A stretch of DNA of 62,323 bases, counting the filler. It is 10 parts of 10 records of this genome, joined end to end, with 100 filler letters (N's around TTAATTAATTAA, not from the genome) between each part and the next. Parts side by side here need not be neighbours in the genome. Positions count along the whole stretch, not along the records: positions 48,405 to 56,589 come from SRR31147125_139337; positions 56,690 to 62,323 come from SRR31147125_139343; 8 more parts are not named here. The stretch is one strand, 5' to 3'. The translations under genes were made by a program, and so were the position numbers. Shown here piece by piece: positions 53,702 to 62,323 of the stretch. How positions within the stretch are numbered: position 1 is the first letter of the stretch; every line of letters begins with the position of its first letter. Below the pieces are notes generated by a model, which did no database searches, was not told the origin of the DNA, and saw only the letters and a list, made by a program, of their open reading frames with translations.

Positions 53702-53932
53702 TCAGGCAAAGGGTTCGAAGGGCAGTCCCACATAATTCTCGGCCATAACCGTCTTGGCGGCGGTGGAACCGGCCAGGTAGTCCAGTTCGGCAATCTGAAG
53801 GCGGTATCCCAGCGGATCGTCACCGGGTTCGTGCATCAGCGAGGTAAACCACCATGGGAAATGGAGCAACTGGGAAAGCAGCAGCCCCGATGGTCCTGAT
53901 CCGATGATGCCAACCTGGGTTCGTTTCTTCAT
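53702..53932 (-). pseudogene. pobA: 4-hydroxybenzoate 3-monooxygenase with large in-frame internal deletion
   Basis: RTQVGIIGSGPSGLLLSQLLH (PobA N-terminus) joined directly to FPWWFTSLMH...QIAELDYL...AENYVGLP (PobA C-terminus); 76 aa versus ~390 aa normally. Confidence 0.88.
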
Positions 53933-54443
53933 ATCCGCGACCCTGGTTAAGGGAACCGATCCAATGGGAATCCGCCGCCGGAGGCCAGCGGCACTCAAAA
54001 AACGAGGCAGCCGACCTGTTCAGCATGGCGAACCACCATCGCCTTGCCGCACAATGGCCCACCCTCCCCCAAAAAAGTATCAGACATCCTCATGCGTGGT
54101 GTTTGCGAAAAATAGGAATCTCGACAGACATTGTCAAGAAACGACCGGGGCAAACCGTTGCGGCCAACAGGATGAACAATTCCATGGGTTCTTTATCTGG
54201 AGATTGCCCCATAAGCGACGCGAGCTGATTATTTTGCCGGGCGCGGCGGCTATTTCTTCGTCCTGAGCGGTCATCACCATTTTCGATCAAGTTTTTGGCT
54301 GCTTGTGCGATAATTATTCTATGAACCGTCGCGCCAGACCATTCAACCCAGGCATCATCGATTGAAGATAGCCGCAGCGACCATCGTCGCCGAACGAATA
54401 CCAGGAAACACCGTGGTGCAGACATCCGATGGGGGCAAATAAA

Positions 54444-54785
54444 ATGGACCGCAGCGTTGAACATGTCAATGAAAAAAGGGGGGTGCCACGTCATCCCGCG
54501 GAGATGGAAATCGTTTATCAGCCGTATTCCAGCAGTGGATCCGTCCGCCAGTCAATAGGGATGCTGCGCAATTATTCAAATGAGGGCATCTATATTGAAG
54601 CGCCCCATGGATACAAGGCCGGCACCATCCTGATCATCCGCACCGCCCACTGCGCACCATCATCTTCCTCGATTGTTTGCGGAGAAGGGTTGCGAACCAT
54701 ATGCCTGGCCGAAGTCAAATGGCGGCAGGAACTGCCTGACCCCGAAGTGGCCAGCTTTGGGATGGGGTTGAGTTACCTTACTTAG
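54444..54785 (+). CDS. PilZ-like domain protein
   Basis: EKRGVPRH (RxxxR), NYSNEGIYI ([D/N]xSxxG), AEVKW, FGMG. Confidence 0.7.
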   Translation: MDRSVEHVNEKRGVPRHPAEMEIVYQPYSSSGSVRQSIGMLRNYSNEGIYIEAPHGYKAGTILIIRTAHCAPSSSSIVCGEGLRTICLAEVKWRQELPDPEVASFGMGLSYLT

Positions 54786-54952
54786 GGACCGTCCACCACC
54801 GACCGATTTGCCCGCTATCGGCGGTATACGAAAAATTTTATCCTCCTCGCAAAACAGGCACGGCGCCATAGGGCATTGACAGTTCCATCGCCTTCCGCTA
54901 TGGCCCCTTTCTGAACAACCCGACCACTTCCTGCGTAAAAGGGGAGACCTGA

Positions 54953-55495
54953 ATGCCAGTCGCTCAGCCAACCGTTATTGTGGTGACTTCTCCGCCGCAC
55001 ACCGGCAAATCATCGTTGATCGCCCGCTATTTGGAATTGTACCGTCAACATAATCCTCACCTGGCCGGAATTCTTGCCGAAGGATTGTGGAAGAACAATC
55101 AGCGATCGGGGTTCAACCTGGTCGACTTATCATCCGGAGACCGCGTGCCCCTGGCCGCTCGCTGCACGCCGCACGGCCGGGCGCGGATCAGTTTTGAATT
55201 CAACCCGCAAGGGATCGAGGCCGCCCGGATCGCCTTGAGCGCGGACCGCTGCGCCACGGCGGATCTTATCGTCGTCGATGAGGTGGGCAAACTGGAGGTC
55301 ATGGGCGACGGATGGGCGCCGCATCTTGCCCCCCTGCTCGCATTGCCCGGTAAAACGCACATCTGGGCGGTCAGGCACGGCCTGGTGGACGCGGTTGCCC
55401 GGCGATGGGGATTTACCCCGCACGCCGTGGTGGACGCCAGGTCCCAGGATGCCTTGAACAAACTGATCGCCGCCTGCGCGCTGTTTGACGGTTAA
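54953..55495 (+). CDS. NTPase_1/THEP1-like (DUF2478-like) P-loop protein
   Basis: Degenerate Walker A SPPHTGKS, RSGF, Walker B IVVDEVGKLE. Confidence 0.78.
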   Translation: MPVAQPTVIVVTSPPHTGKSSLIARYLELYRQHNPHLAGILAEGLWKNNQRSGFNLVDLSSGDRVPLAARCTPHGRARISFEFNPQGIEAARIALSADRCATADLIVVDEVGKLEVMGDGWAPHLAPLLALPGKTHIWAVRHGLVDAVARRWGFTPHAVVDARSQDALNKLIAACALFDG

Positions 55496-55520
55496 ACCGA
55501 CAACAGCAACTCATCGGCGG

Positions 55521-56589
55521 TTACTTTCCCGCCTCAAACGCCGCGCCCACGATGGCCTGGGCCTCTTCCTGAATGCGCTTGAGGTGGGCCTTGCCCTTGA
55601 AACTTTCGGCGTATATTTTATAGATTTCCTCGGTGCCCGAGGGCCGGGCGGCGAACCAGCCGTTTGGGGTGGCCACCTTCAAGCCGCCAATGGGCGCATC
55701 ATTTCCCGGTGCCCGCGTGTGCGTGGCAATGATCGGCTCGCCGGCCAGTTGCGTGGCGGTGATCATCGCGGCGGAAAGCCGCTTGAGCGCCGCCTTTTGC
55801 GCCATGGTTGCCGGTGCATCGATACGCTCGTAGACGCAAGCGCCGAATTGCTCCTCCAGGGACCGGTAGAGTTCTCCCGGATCCCGGCCGGTTCTGGCCA
55901 TGATTTCCCCGGCCAGCAGAGCCATGATGATGCCGTCCTTGTCCGTGGTCCAGACCGATCCATCCCGGCGCAGAAACGACGCGCCCGCGCTTTCCTCGCC
56001 GCCAAAGGCAATGCTGCCGCCCATCAACCCATCCACGAACCATTTGAAGCCCACAGGCACTTCACAGAGCCGGCGATCAAGATGCGCCACCACCCGATCG
56101 ATGATCGATGTGGAAACCAGGGTCTTGCCCACGGCGGCCGATGCGGGCCAGTCAGGCCGGTTCTGGAACAGATACCAAATGGCCACGGCCAGGTAATGGT
56201 TGGGGTTGAGCAACCCGGTGCTTTTGGTGACGATGCCGTGGCGGTCCACATCCGTGTCGTTGCCGAAGGCGATGTCGAACTTGTCCTTGAGCATGATCAA
56301 CCCTTGCATGGCATAGGGTGACGAGCAGTCCATGCGAATCTTGCCGTCCTTGTCCAGGGCCATGAACCCGAATGTCGGATCCACCACCGGATTGACGATT
56401 TCAATGTTCAGTCCGTGGCGCTCGGCGACCGTAGCCCAGTAATTCACCGCCGCTCCGCCCAGGGGATCCACGCCGAGTTTGAGGCCGGACGCGGCGATGG
56501 CATCCATGTCGACCACCGTGGCCAGGTCGTCCACGAACGGGGTGATGTAGTCATAGGCGTGGGTGGTGTCGGCTTTGAAAGCCTTCTCG
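55521..56589 (-). CDS. pgm: Phosphoglucomutase (5' partial)
   Basis: [59 protein letters not shown]. Confidence 0.96.
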
Positions 56590-56689
56590 NNNNNNNNNNN
56601 NNNNNNNNNNNNNNNNNNNNNNNNNNNNNNNNNTTAATTAATTAANNNNNNNNNNNNNNNNNNNNNNNNNNNNNNNNNNNNNNNNNNNN

Positions 56690-56714
56690 GATCCCGGATC
56701 AAGTCCGGGATGAC
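56690..56714. repeat. REP-like palindromic repeat fragment at contig start
   Basis: GATCCCGGA-TCAAG-TCCGGGATGAC hairpin with GATGAC tail; likely cause of the assembly break. Confidence 0.6.
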
Positions 56715-56811
56715 AAAGAGTTAAACCGGAGTCCAAAGAGATAATCCGGGATAACATGAAATCACTCTAACCTATTGACTATCCCTTCAACATAAGAGAT
56801 AAAAGTTATAT

Positions 56812-57795
56812 ATGAATAATGATTATCTTAATGACAACCCCCTACATGTACTTGTCGTCGATGACGACAGAACTAATTTAATTTTAATTGAGAAGATACT
56901 CAAAATTAATAACTTTGATGTAACCTGTGTTCAATCAGGTCGAGAAGCTCTCGAAGAGATAAAATCAGATCGTTTTGATATCATACTTCTTGACGTAATG
57001 ATGCCGCAACTAGATGGCATAGAAGTATGTAGAAGAATTAAAGACAATGAGTCGACAAGACTAATCCCCGTCATTATTATAACAGCCCTCACAGAAAAAG
57101 ACGACAAACTTAAAGGAATTGAGGCGGGATGCGATGACTTCCTGACTAAACCAATCGACAAAACAGAACTAATTGCTAGAGTCAAGGCCCTCGGAAAAGT
57201 AAAACGTCTTAATGACGATCTTGAAAAGGCTGAATCTATTATTATGAGTCTAGCGAGAGCGGTAGAAGCGAAAGATGATACAACCGGTAATCACTGCGAC
57301 CGTCTAATAGATCTTTCACATGCTTTTGGAAGGTATTTAAACCTAAGTAATCATGATCTTAAAATTTTAGAAAGAGTCTCTGTTCTCCACGATGTTGGGA
57401 AAATAGGGATGCCAGACTCCATCCTTTTGAAACCAGACAAACTTACTGAAGAAGAATGGATAACAATGAGAAAGCATGCAGAGCTTGGTGAACAGATATG
57501 TCGTCCCCTAAGATCACTTAAGGGAATATGTCCAATTATCAGACATCATCATGAAAACTGGAACGGCTCCGGTTATCCTGACGGCCTAAAGGGTGAAGAA
57601 ATTCCATATCTCGCAAGAATGTTTCAGATTGTTGACGCCTTTGATGCCCTAACAATGAAAAGACCATATAAAAAGGCCTTCTCCACTACCGACGCAATCA
57701 ATATTCTTAAAAGCGAAAGTGAAAAAGGCCTCTGGGATCCAGAACTAATTTTAGAGTTTATCAATTTTATTTCTTTGCATCTAAAAAAGGCTTAA
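56812..57795 (+). CDS. Response regulator with HD-GYP cyclic-di-GMP phosphodiesterase domain (RpfG-like)
   Basis: REC (VVDD, LLDVMMP, FLTKP); [24 protein letters not shown]. Confidence 0.95.
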   Translation: MNNDYLNDNPLHVLVVDDDRTNLILIEKILKINNFDVTCVQSGREALEEIKSDRFDIILLDVMMPQLDGIEVCRRIKDNESTRLIPVIIITALTEKDDKLKGIEAGCDDFLTKPIDKTELIARVKALGKVKRLNDDLEKAESIIMSLARAVEAKDDTTGNHCDRLIDLSHAFGRYLNLSNHDLKILERVSVLHDVGKIGMPDSILLKPDKLTEEEWITMRKHAELGEQICRPLRSLKGICPIIRHHHENWNGSGYPDGLKGEEIPYLARMFQIVDAFDALTMKRPYKKAFSTTDAINILKSESEKGLWDPELILEFINFISLHLKKA

Positions 57796-58522
57796 GCAGA
57801 TCAATCGGAATCGGAAAGAGAGTCGTTGTATTATTCTCACTCGATATCTCTGTTAGCGTTTGAAGATATCTCATCTGCAAAGCCATTGGATGAGCTTCCA
57901 TTTTCTGCGCAGCTTCAACTAACTTAGTAGCAGCCTGAAATTCACCCTGTGCACTAATTATTTTTGCTCGTCTTTCTCTTTCAGCTTCGGCCTGCCTTGC
58001 CATTGCTCGTTTTAATTCTTCTGTAATATCGACATGCTTAATCTCAACATTTGCAACTTTGATTCCCCAAGGATCGGTCTGTTTGTCCAGAATCTCCTGA
58101 ATCTGTGAGTTGATTTCATCTCGTTCTGACAAGAGATCGTCTAGCTCCCTTTCACCAACAACACTTCTCAATGTTGTCTGACTCATCTGTGATGTAGCAA
58201 ATCCGTAATCTTCAACTTCTGTCACAGCCTTGTTAGCATCCATGACTCTGAAGTAGACAACAGCATTAACATGAACTGAGACGTTGTCTTTTGTAATGAT
58301 ATCTTGAGGAGGAACGTCTAAAGCTATTGTTCTTAAATCAATTCTCACAATCTTATCGATTGGCTTGAATACAAAGATAATACCAGGCCCTTTGGGTTTG
58401 GATAAAAGGCGACCAAGTCTAAAAATAACTCCTCTTTCATACTCCTTTAAAATCTTGATACAGGACAAAAGATAAATAACAAAAAGTCCTATTAGAATTA
58501 ATGGAACTGGCAACTGAAACAT
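57767..58522 (-). CDS. Slipin (stomatin/SPFH) protein
   Basis: [62 protein letters not shown]. Confidence 0.95.
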   Translation of the reverse strand: MFQLPVPLILIGLFVIYLLSCIKILKEYERGVIFRLGRLLSKPKGPGIIFVFKPIDKIVRIDLRTIALDVPPQDIITKDNVSVHVNAVVYFRVMDANKAVTEVEDYGFATSQMSQTTLRSVVGERELDDLLSERDEINSQIQEILDKQTDPWGIKVANVEIKHVDITEELKRAMARQAEAERERRAKIISAQGEFQAATKLVEAAQKMEAHPMALQMRYLQTLTEISSENNTTTLFPIPIDLLKPFLDAKK

Positions 58523-58532
58523 ATTTTCCTCC

Positions 58533-59890
58533 TTATGATTGATTATCTAGTTTTTTTACAATTAATGTCATCCCCTCAAAGTCCGAAACAGCAACCTTGT
58601 CGTATTTAAACAAGTTTGTCTCCCCCTTGGCATTCCATATTTCTCCGTGCACAAAAACCTTTCCTTTTTCACCACTCCACTTTCTAACCTCTGCTATAGA
58701 GCCGATCAGACCTTCTTTTCCCGTCACCGCTTTTTTCCTATGAAGTTTTGCAACAAGCGTTACGAGGAATATCGTAATCACCAATGTAGCCAGAGTAAAG
58801 CCCAACACGAGTGGAAGAGAGACTCTCATAAATTCATACGGTGAATCAAAAAGCATCAGGGAACCAAGCAAGACAGAAATAATCCCCCTAGCGTCAATAG
58901 TCCATAGCTTACAATTTTCACTTCCATAATAAAGAGAATTATTCCAAGTGCAATCAAAGCAACACCAGCATAATTGGCATCAATTAAATGCAATCCATAA
59001 GAGGCAACTACTAGCGATATAAAACCTGCTATTCCAGGAAAACCAATACCTGGATGCGTGAACTCAAATAGAAGTCCATAGAAACCAAGCATCAAAAGTA
59101 TATAAGCAATATTAGGCATAGCCAAAACTGAAAGGATTCTATATCTCACATTTTTTGGAATCTCTACTACTTGGACATTCTTTGTATCAAGAACGACCTC
59201 ACCTACTGAGGTTTCAACTTTTTTCCCATCAATTTTTTTCAAAAGGTCATCGACATCTTTCGCAATCAGATCGATCACATTCCTTTTGAGAGCCTCCTTG
59301 GCAGTAATCGACGAACTCTTAACAACTGACTTCAAAGCCCAAGAGACATTGCGCCCTCTCTTCTCAGCAATAGTGGTTACCCAAGCTTTTGTGTCATTAA
59401 GAATTTTCTCCTCCATCGGTTCAGGAGCATCATCTCTTCGTTTATCTTTCTTTAGTTTTTCAGTATATTGATCAAGTTTATCACTAAATGATTTTTTGTC
59501 TCCCAAGGTTACCGGATGAGCAGCGCCAATATTGGTGGATGGAGCCATTGCAGCTATATTTGCAGATAAGGTTATAAAGACCCCAGCAGAGCCCGCTCTG
59601 GAGCCCTCTGGAGCGACGTAAACAACCACTGGAACACTTGATGCCATTATCTCTTTAACAATCTCTCTGGTCGTCGTGAGAAGACCTCCGGGAGTATCGA
59701 GCTGAATAATAAGCCCTAGAGCCTTTTCATCTTCTGCTTTTTTTAAGGCATCCAGAAGATACTCACTTGAAACTGGATTGATAACATCTCCGTTGAGCTT
59801 AACCATGTAAATAATATTACTCTCTGATGCATGACTATTAACAAAAGAAAAGGTTAACAGTAAGACTAAGATAAATAGAATCTTTCTCAT
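58533..59890 (-). CDS. nfeD: NfeD long form, membrane-bound ClpP-class protease (frameshift at C-run 58884-58888)
   Basis: [29 protein letters not shown]-terminal OB fold [12 protein letters not shown]. One added base gives [14 protein letters not shown]. Canonical partner of slipin. Confidence 0.92.
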
Positions 59891-60098
59891 CTCTCCTCCC
59901 AGAATTCACGTTCTTAGCATATGTTTTATCGATATGTCATTATCTTTCCGTTAAGAACCAGCAATTCAGGAATAACAACATCTCCTGTCTTCAAAATACC
60001 TTTTGGCAAATTAATTCATACATAATTTTGGTCGTTGACAGAGATCAGCGGCTAAACTATAGATTCTCTATTCCGAAAAAACCCTAACAGGAGGTATT

Positions 60099-62099
60099 AT
60101 GCGACTGAAGTATTTCTTACCACTATTTGCCCTACTTCTGATCTTTACAGGATGTAAAGGAGGAAAAGTGAACGCAGTAAAAATCGAAGCTAAACCAACA
60201 CCTATTGATAACTTTATGATTGCCCGCCAGGTTTTTAATAAGAAAGCATCACAAATGCAGATGCCGATTAAGTGGGTAAAGGGTGATGAGATTACTATTG
60301 AGAATGTTGAAATCACTGATGATGGAAAAGCGAAATATAAGATCACCGAAGAGACAACCTCAATCCCACCAGCACTTAAAACAGACATTGCCACAATAAA
60401 AAAATATCTCGCGAGTGATAGAGACACTTTGATCAAAAAAGTACTAAAAGCAAAGAAAGATTATAAAACAAATTTTGATCTAAGCAGTCTTCCAGCTCCG
60501 TATCAGCCAATTGCAAAAAAATTACTTAAAATTGGCCCGCACATAAGGCATCTATTTCAGCTTCAAACAAGTAGAGACTTTGATGAATACGCAAAGAGAA
60601 TCAAAGCCACAGGCAATAAAGATGCCGTTAGACTTCTTGAGCGTAATTCAGATCCAACATGTGGAATGTTTGCGGGAAAGGAATTTCTAGGAAACAGATC
60701 TGAAGAATGTGCTTTGCATCAATCATATCCAGATAATGAATGTGGACGCTCAATGTGGCCAGAAGGCATGAACAAAGAGATTTTTGAGGAATTAAAGGCC
60801 AATGCGTCAAAGAGTGGCAACCCTCAGGCAGACCCATTCTTAAGTCCTTTTACATCGGTATACTGGGCTGACAAGGACAAGACAAAGGTTGCATGGAGAA
60901 CTTTCTATAATGATCCACTCTTCCATAAGGATTTAGAAGCCATTGTGAAGCTTTTGAATGAAGCAGCAAAGATTGGTGAAGATGAAAACAAAAAAACTGG
61001 TAGAGAAGTTGTTGATGCTGGCTTTATCAACCAATTAAAAGCTCAAGCAGTCGCACTAAAGAGTGACAAGCCTTACCCATACAAAGATAGTGATGCTGCA
61101 TGGATGAAAGCCGGGGGGCCACTTAAACTCTGTATGGGCCCTTATGAATCCTATGAAGATAAAGATTTCGAAACAAAAGCCTTCTTTCAATATATCCTAG
61201 CTATGGAAGATCAAAAGAAGACCGAGGAAGTTAAAAAACTAACAACCTACAAACAAAGACTTGAAGATATGGTTACAAAGATTATTAATCTCAGTAGCTA
61301 TAAAGCAAGATCACTTGAAGGACACGATACAGCAACTCCATTTATTAAAGTTATTATGGCTGAAGGCGACATGAAAAACGGTAACCCAACGGCTATTGCG
61401 CATAACTTGCCAAATCTATTTAGAGATGAAATCGGTTTTATTATAGAAACGTTTTCAAACCACTATGCGGCTAAGAAGGCCATACTTGAAGATATAGCTG
61501 CAATTGTAATTGTTCCTGAACAACAGAAGTATATTGATTTCAATTCATTCATAGATATTGGTCACTACCATGAATTGACACATGCTGTTGGGCCCAACGG
61601 TGACTTTGTTATCACATCACCTAATGGAGCCAAAACCACTGTTAATAGTGCTCTAGGCGACACATACTCTGCTATTGAAGAAACAAAAGCAGATACAGGA
61701 ATGGTCCTCTTCTCAGACATGGTCTATGGTAGAGATAGTGAAAAATACAAAAAGGATGTTGTAACAGCAATAGCCTCTTTATTCCGTTCAAGCCGCTTTG
61801 GACTAGATTCGCATGGGCAAGCCGGTCTAACAAGACTTGCCTTCTTTATTGATAATGGCGCGGTTGAATACAACGATGGACGTTTCAAAGTCGATTTCAA
61901 TAAAGTCTATGATGCATCGATTGCTTTGATGAATAAAGTCGGAACAATTGAAGCAACAGGAGATAAGAAAGAAGCCAAAAGATTCCTCAAGAAATATATA
62001 GCACAAGGCAACAAAATCCTTGATGAAGTTAAGGCAAAAATTGAAGCTGCGAATATACCAATCGACGTAGATATTCATTATAATGTTGCTGGGATGTAA
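60099..62099 (+). CDS. Lipoprotein zinc peptidase, M49 (dipeptidyl peptidase III)-like
   Basis: AGGAGG RBS; lipobox FTGC; GPYESYED..TKAFF, AHNLPN, HELTHAVGP, AIEETKAD, SSRFG..HGQA. Confidence 0.8.
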   Translation: MRLKYFLPLFALLLIFTGCKGGKVNAVKIEAKPTPIDNFMIARQVFNKKASQMQMPIKWVKGDEITIENVEITDDGKAKYKITEETTSIPPALKTDIATIKKYLASDRDTLIKKVLKAKKDYKTNFDLSSLPAPYQPIAKKLLKIGPHIRHLFQLQTSRDFDEYAKRIKATGNKDAVRLLERNSDPTCGMFAGKEFLGNRSEECALHQSYPDNECGRSMWPEGMNKEIFEELKANASKSGNPQADPFLSPFTSVYWADKDKTKVAWRTFYNDPLFHKDLEAIVKLLNEAAKIGEDENKKTGREVVDAGFINQLKAQAVALKSDKPYPYKDSDAAWMKAGGPLKLCMGPYESYEDKDFETKAFFQYILAMEDQKKTEEVKKLTTYKQRLEDMVTKIINLSSYKARSLEGHDTATPFIKVIMAEGDMKNGNPTAIAHNLPNLFRDEIGFIIETFSNHYAAKKAILEDIAAIVIVPEQQKYIDFNSFIDIGHYHELTHAVGPNGDFVITSPNGAKTTVNSALGDTYSAIEETKADTGMVLFSDMVYGRDSEKYKKDVVTAIASLFRSSRFGLDSHGQAGLTRLAFFIDNGAVEYNDGRFKVDFNKVYDASIALMNKVGTIEATGDKKEAKRFLKKYIAQGNKILDEVKAKIEAANIPIDVDIHYNVAGM

Positions 62100-62122
62100 C
62101 TGATATTTACTTTTAGTATGTT

Positions 62123-62156
62123 AAAAGCCGGGTTTGCTAATGCAGACCCGGCTTTT
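62123..62156 (+). terminator. Intrinsic terminator
   Basis: AAAAGCCGGGTTTGC-TAAT-GCAGACCCGGCTTTT. Confidence 0.85.
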
Positions 62157-62278
62157 CTTATTGCGAAATGAATTTGTAGTGGTTCTTCGGAGACGCAGAT
62201 TTTCCTTCGGTAAATCTGCATAGTATCTTGTAAGATCTGAGAATCGCTTCCAGCGCCCCTCAAATCTAACAATCTACT

Positions 62279-62301
62279 AAAAAACCGCCATAAGGCGGCT
62301 T
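62279..62301 (-). terminator. Intrinsic terminator after the terminal tRNA fragment
   Basis: Minus strand AAGCCGCC-TTAT-GGCGGTTTTTT. Confidence 0.6.
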
Positions 62302-62307
62302 ATTATG

Positions 62308-62323
62308 TCGGGGTGAGAGGATT
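62308..62323 (-). tRNA. 3' end of a tRNA, probably tRNA-Pro
   Basis: Minus strand AATCCTCTCACCCCGA resembles the T-arm/acceptor end of bacterial tRNA-Pro; followed by a terminator. Only 16 nt visible. Confidence 0.45.

Noticed and set aside
5335-56689. Regularly recurring TTAATTAATTAA flanked by Ns as a repeat or CRISPR-like array
   Set aside because: Artificial joiners; no cross-contig linkage can be inferred.
37756-58522. Two SPFH genes as one system
   Set aside because: Different contigs; the slipin-NfeD pair is a well-known operon.

Overview
This window is not one locus. It is ten unrelated, mostly partial metagenomic contigs joined by artificial 100-bp linkers (44 N + TTAATTAATTAA + 44 N). 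(1) 1-5334, planctomycete-like: an ECF sigma factor, then a receptor Ser/Thr kinase that, once two opposite single-base indels are repaired, reads as one ~1083-aa ZAS zinc finger-kinase-TM-TPR-family 5 solute-binding protein. (2) 5435-10612, spirochaete-like troABC Mn/Zn uptake operon with tandem DtxR-type boxes. (3) 10713-16829, very long flgK and flgL. (4) 16930-22028, a compact intron-containing eukaryotic contig (adenosine kinase, MetRS, WD40-PH protein). (5) 22129-27926, EamA, formate/nitrite transporter, octaheme HAO-family cytochrome, thpR, ltaE, TolC. (6) 28027-35470, Desulfobacterales-like housekeeping genes. (7) 35571-41944, prenyltransferase-like and acyltransferase pair, SPFH protein, a gene with a candidate sigma28 promoter, aspartate kinase, tRNA-Phe 3' end. 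(8) 42045-48304, a dinB remnant and a secreted RHS protein carrying nested (A1-A2-A3-A4-B4-B3-B2...) golvesin-like domains inside its core. (9) 48405-56589, a pobA(deleted)-pcaDCHG-BKACE-pcaB cluster in a deltaproteobacterial-looking context, plus pgm. (10) 56690-62323, HD-GYP regulator, slipin/NfeD, M49-like lipoprotein peptidase. Many genes are split at homopolymers, so frameshifts and fusions need read-level confirmation. The two best candidates for undescribed systems are the ECF/kinase-SBP5 receptor and the nested-domain RHS stalk. All family and taxon calls are from motif recognition by eye; no database searches were run.
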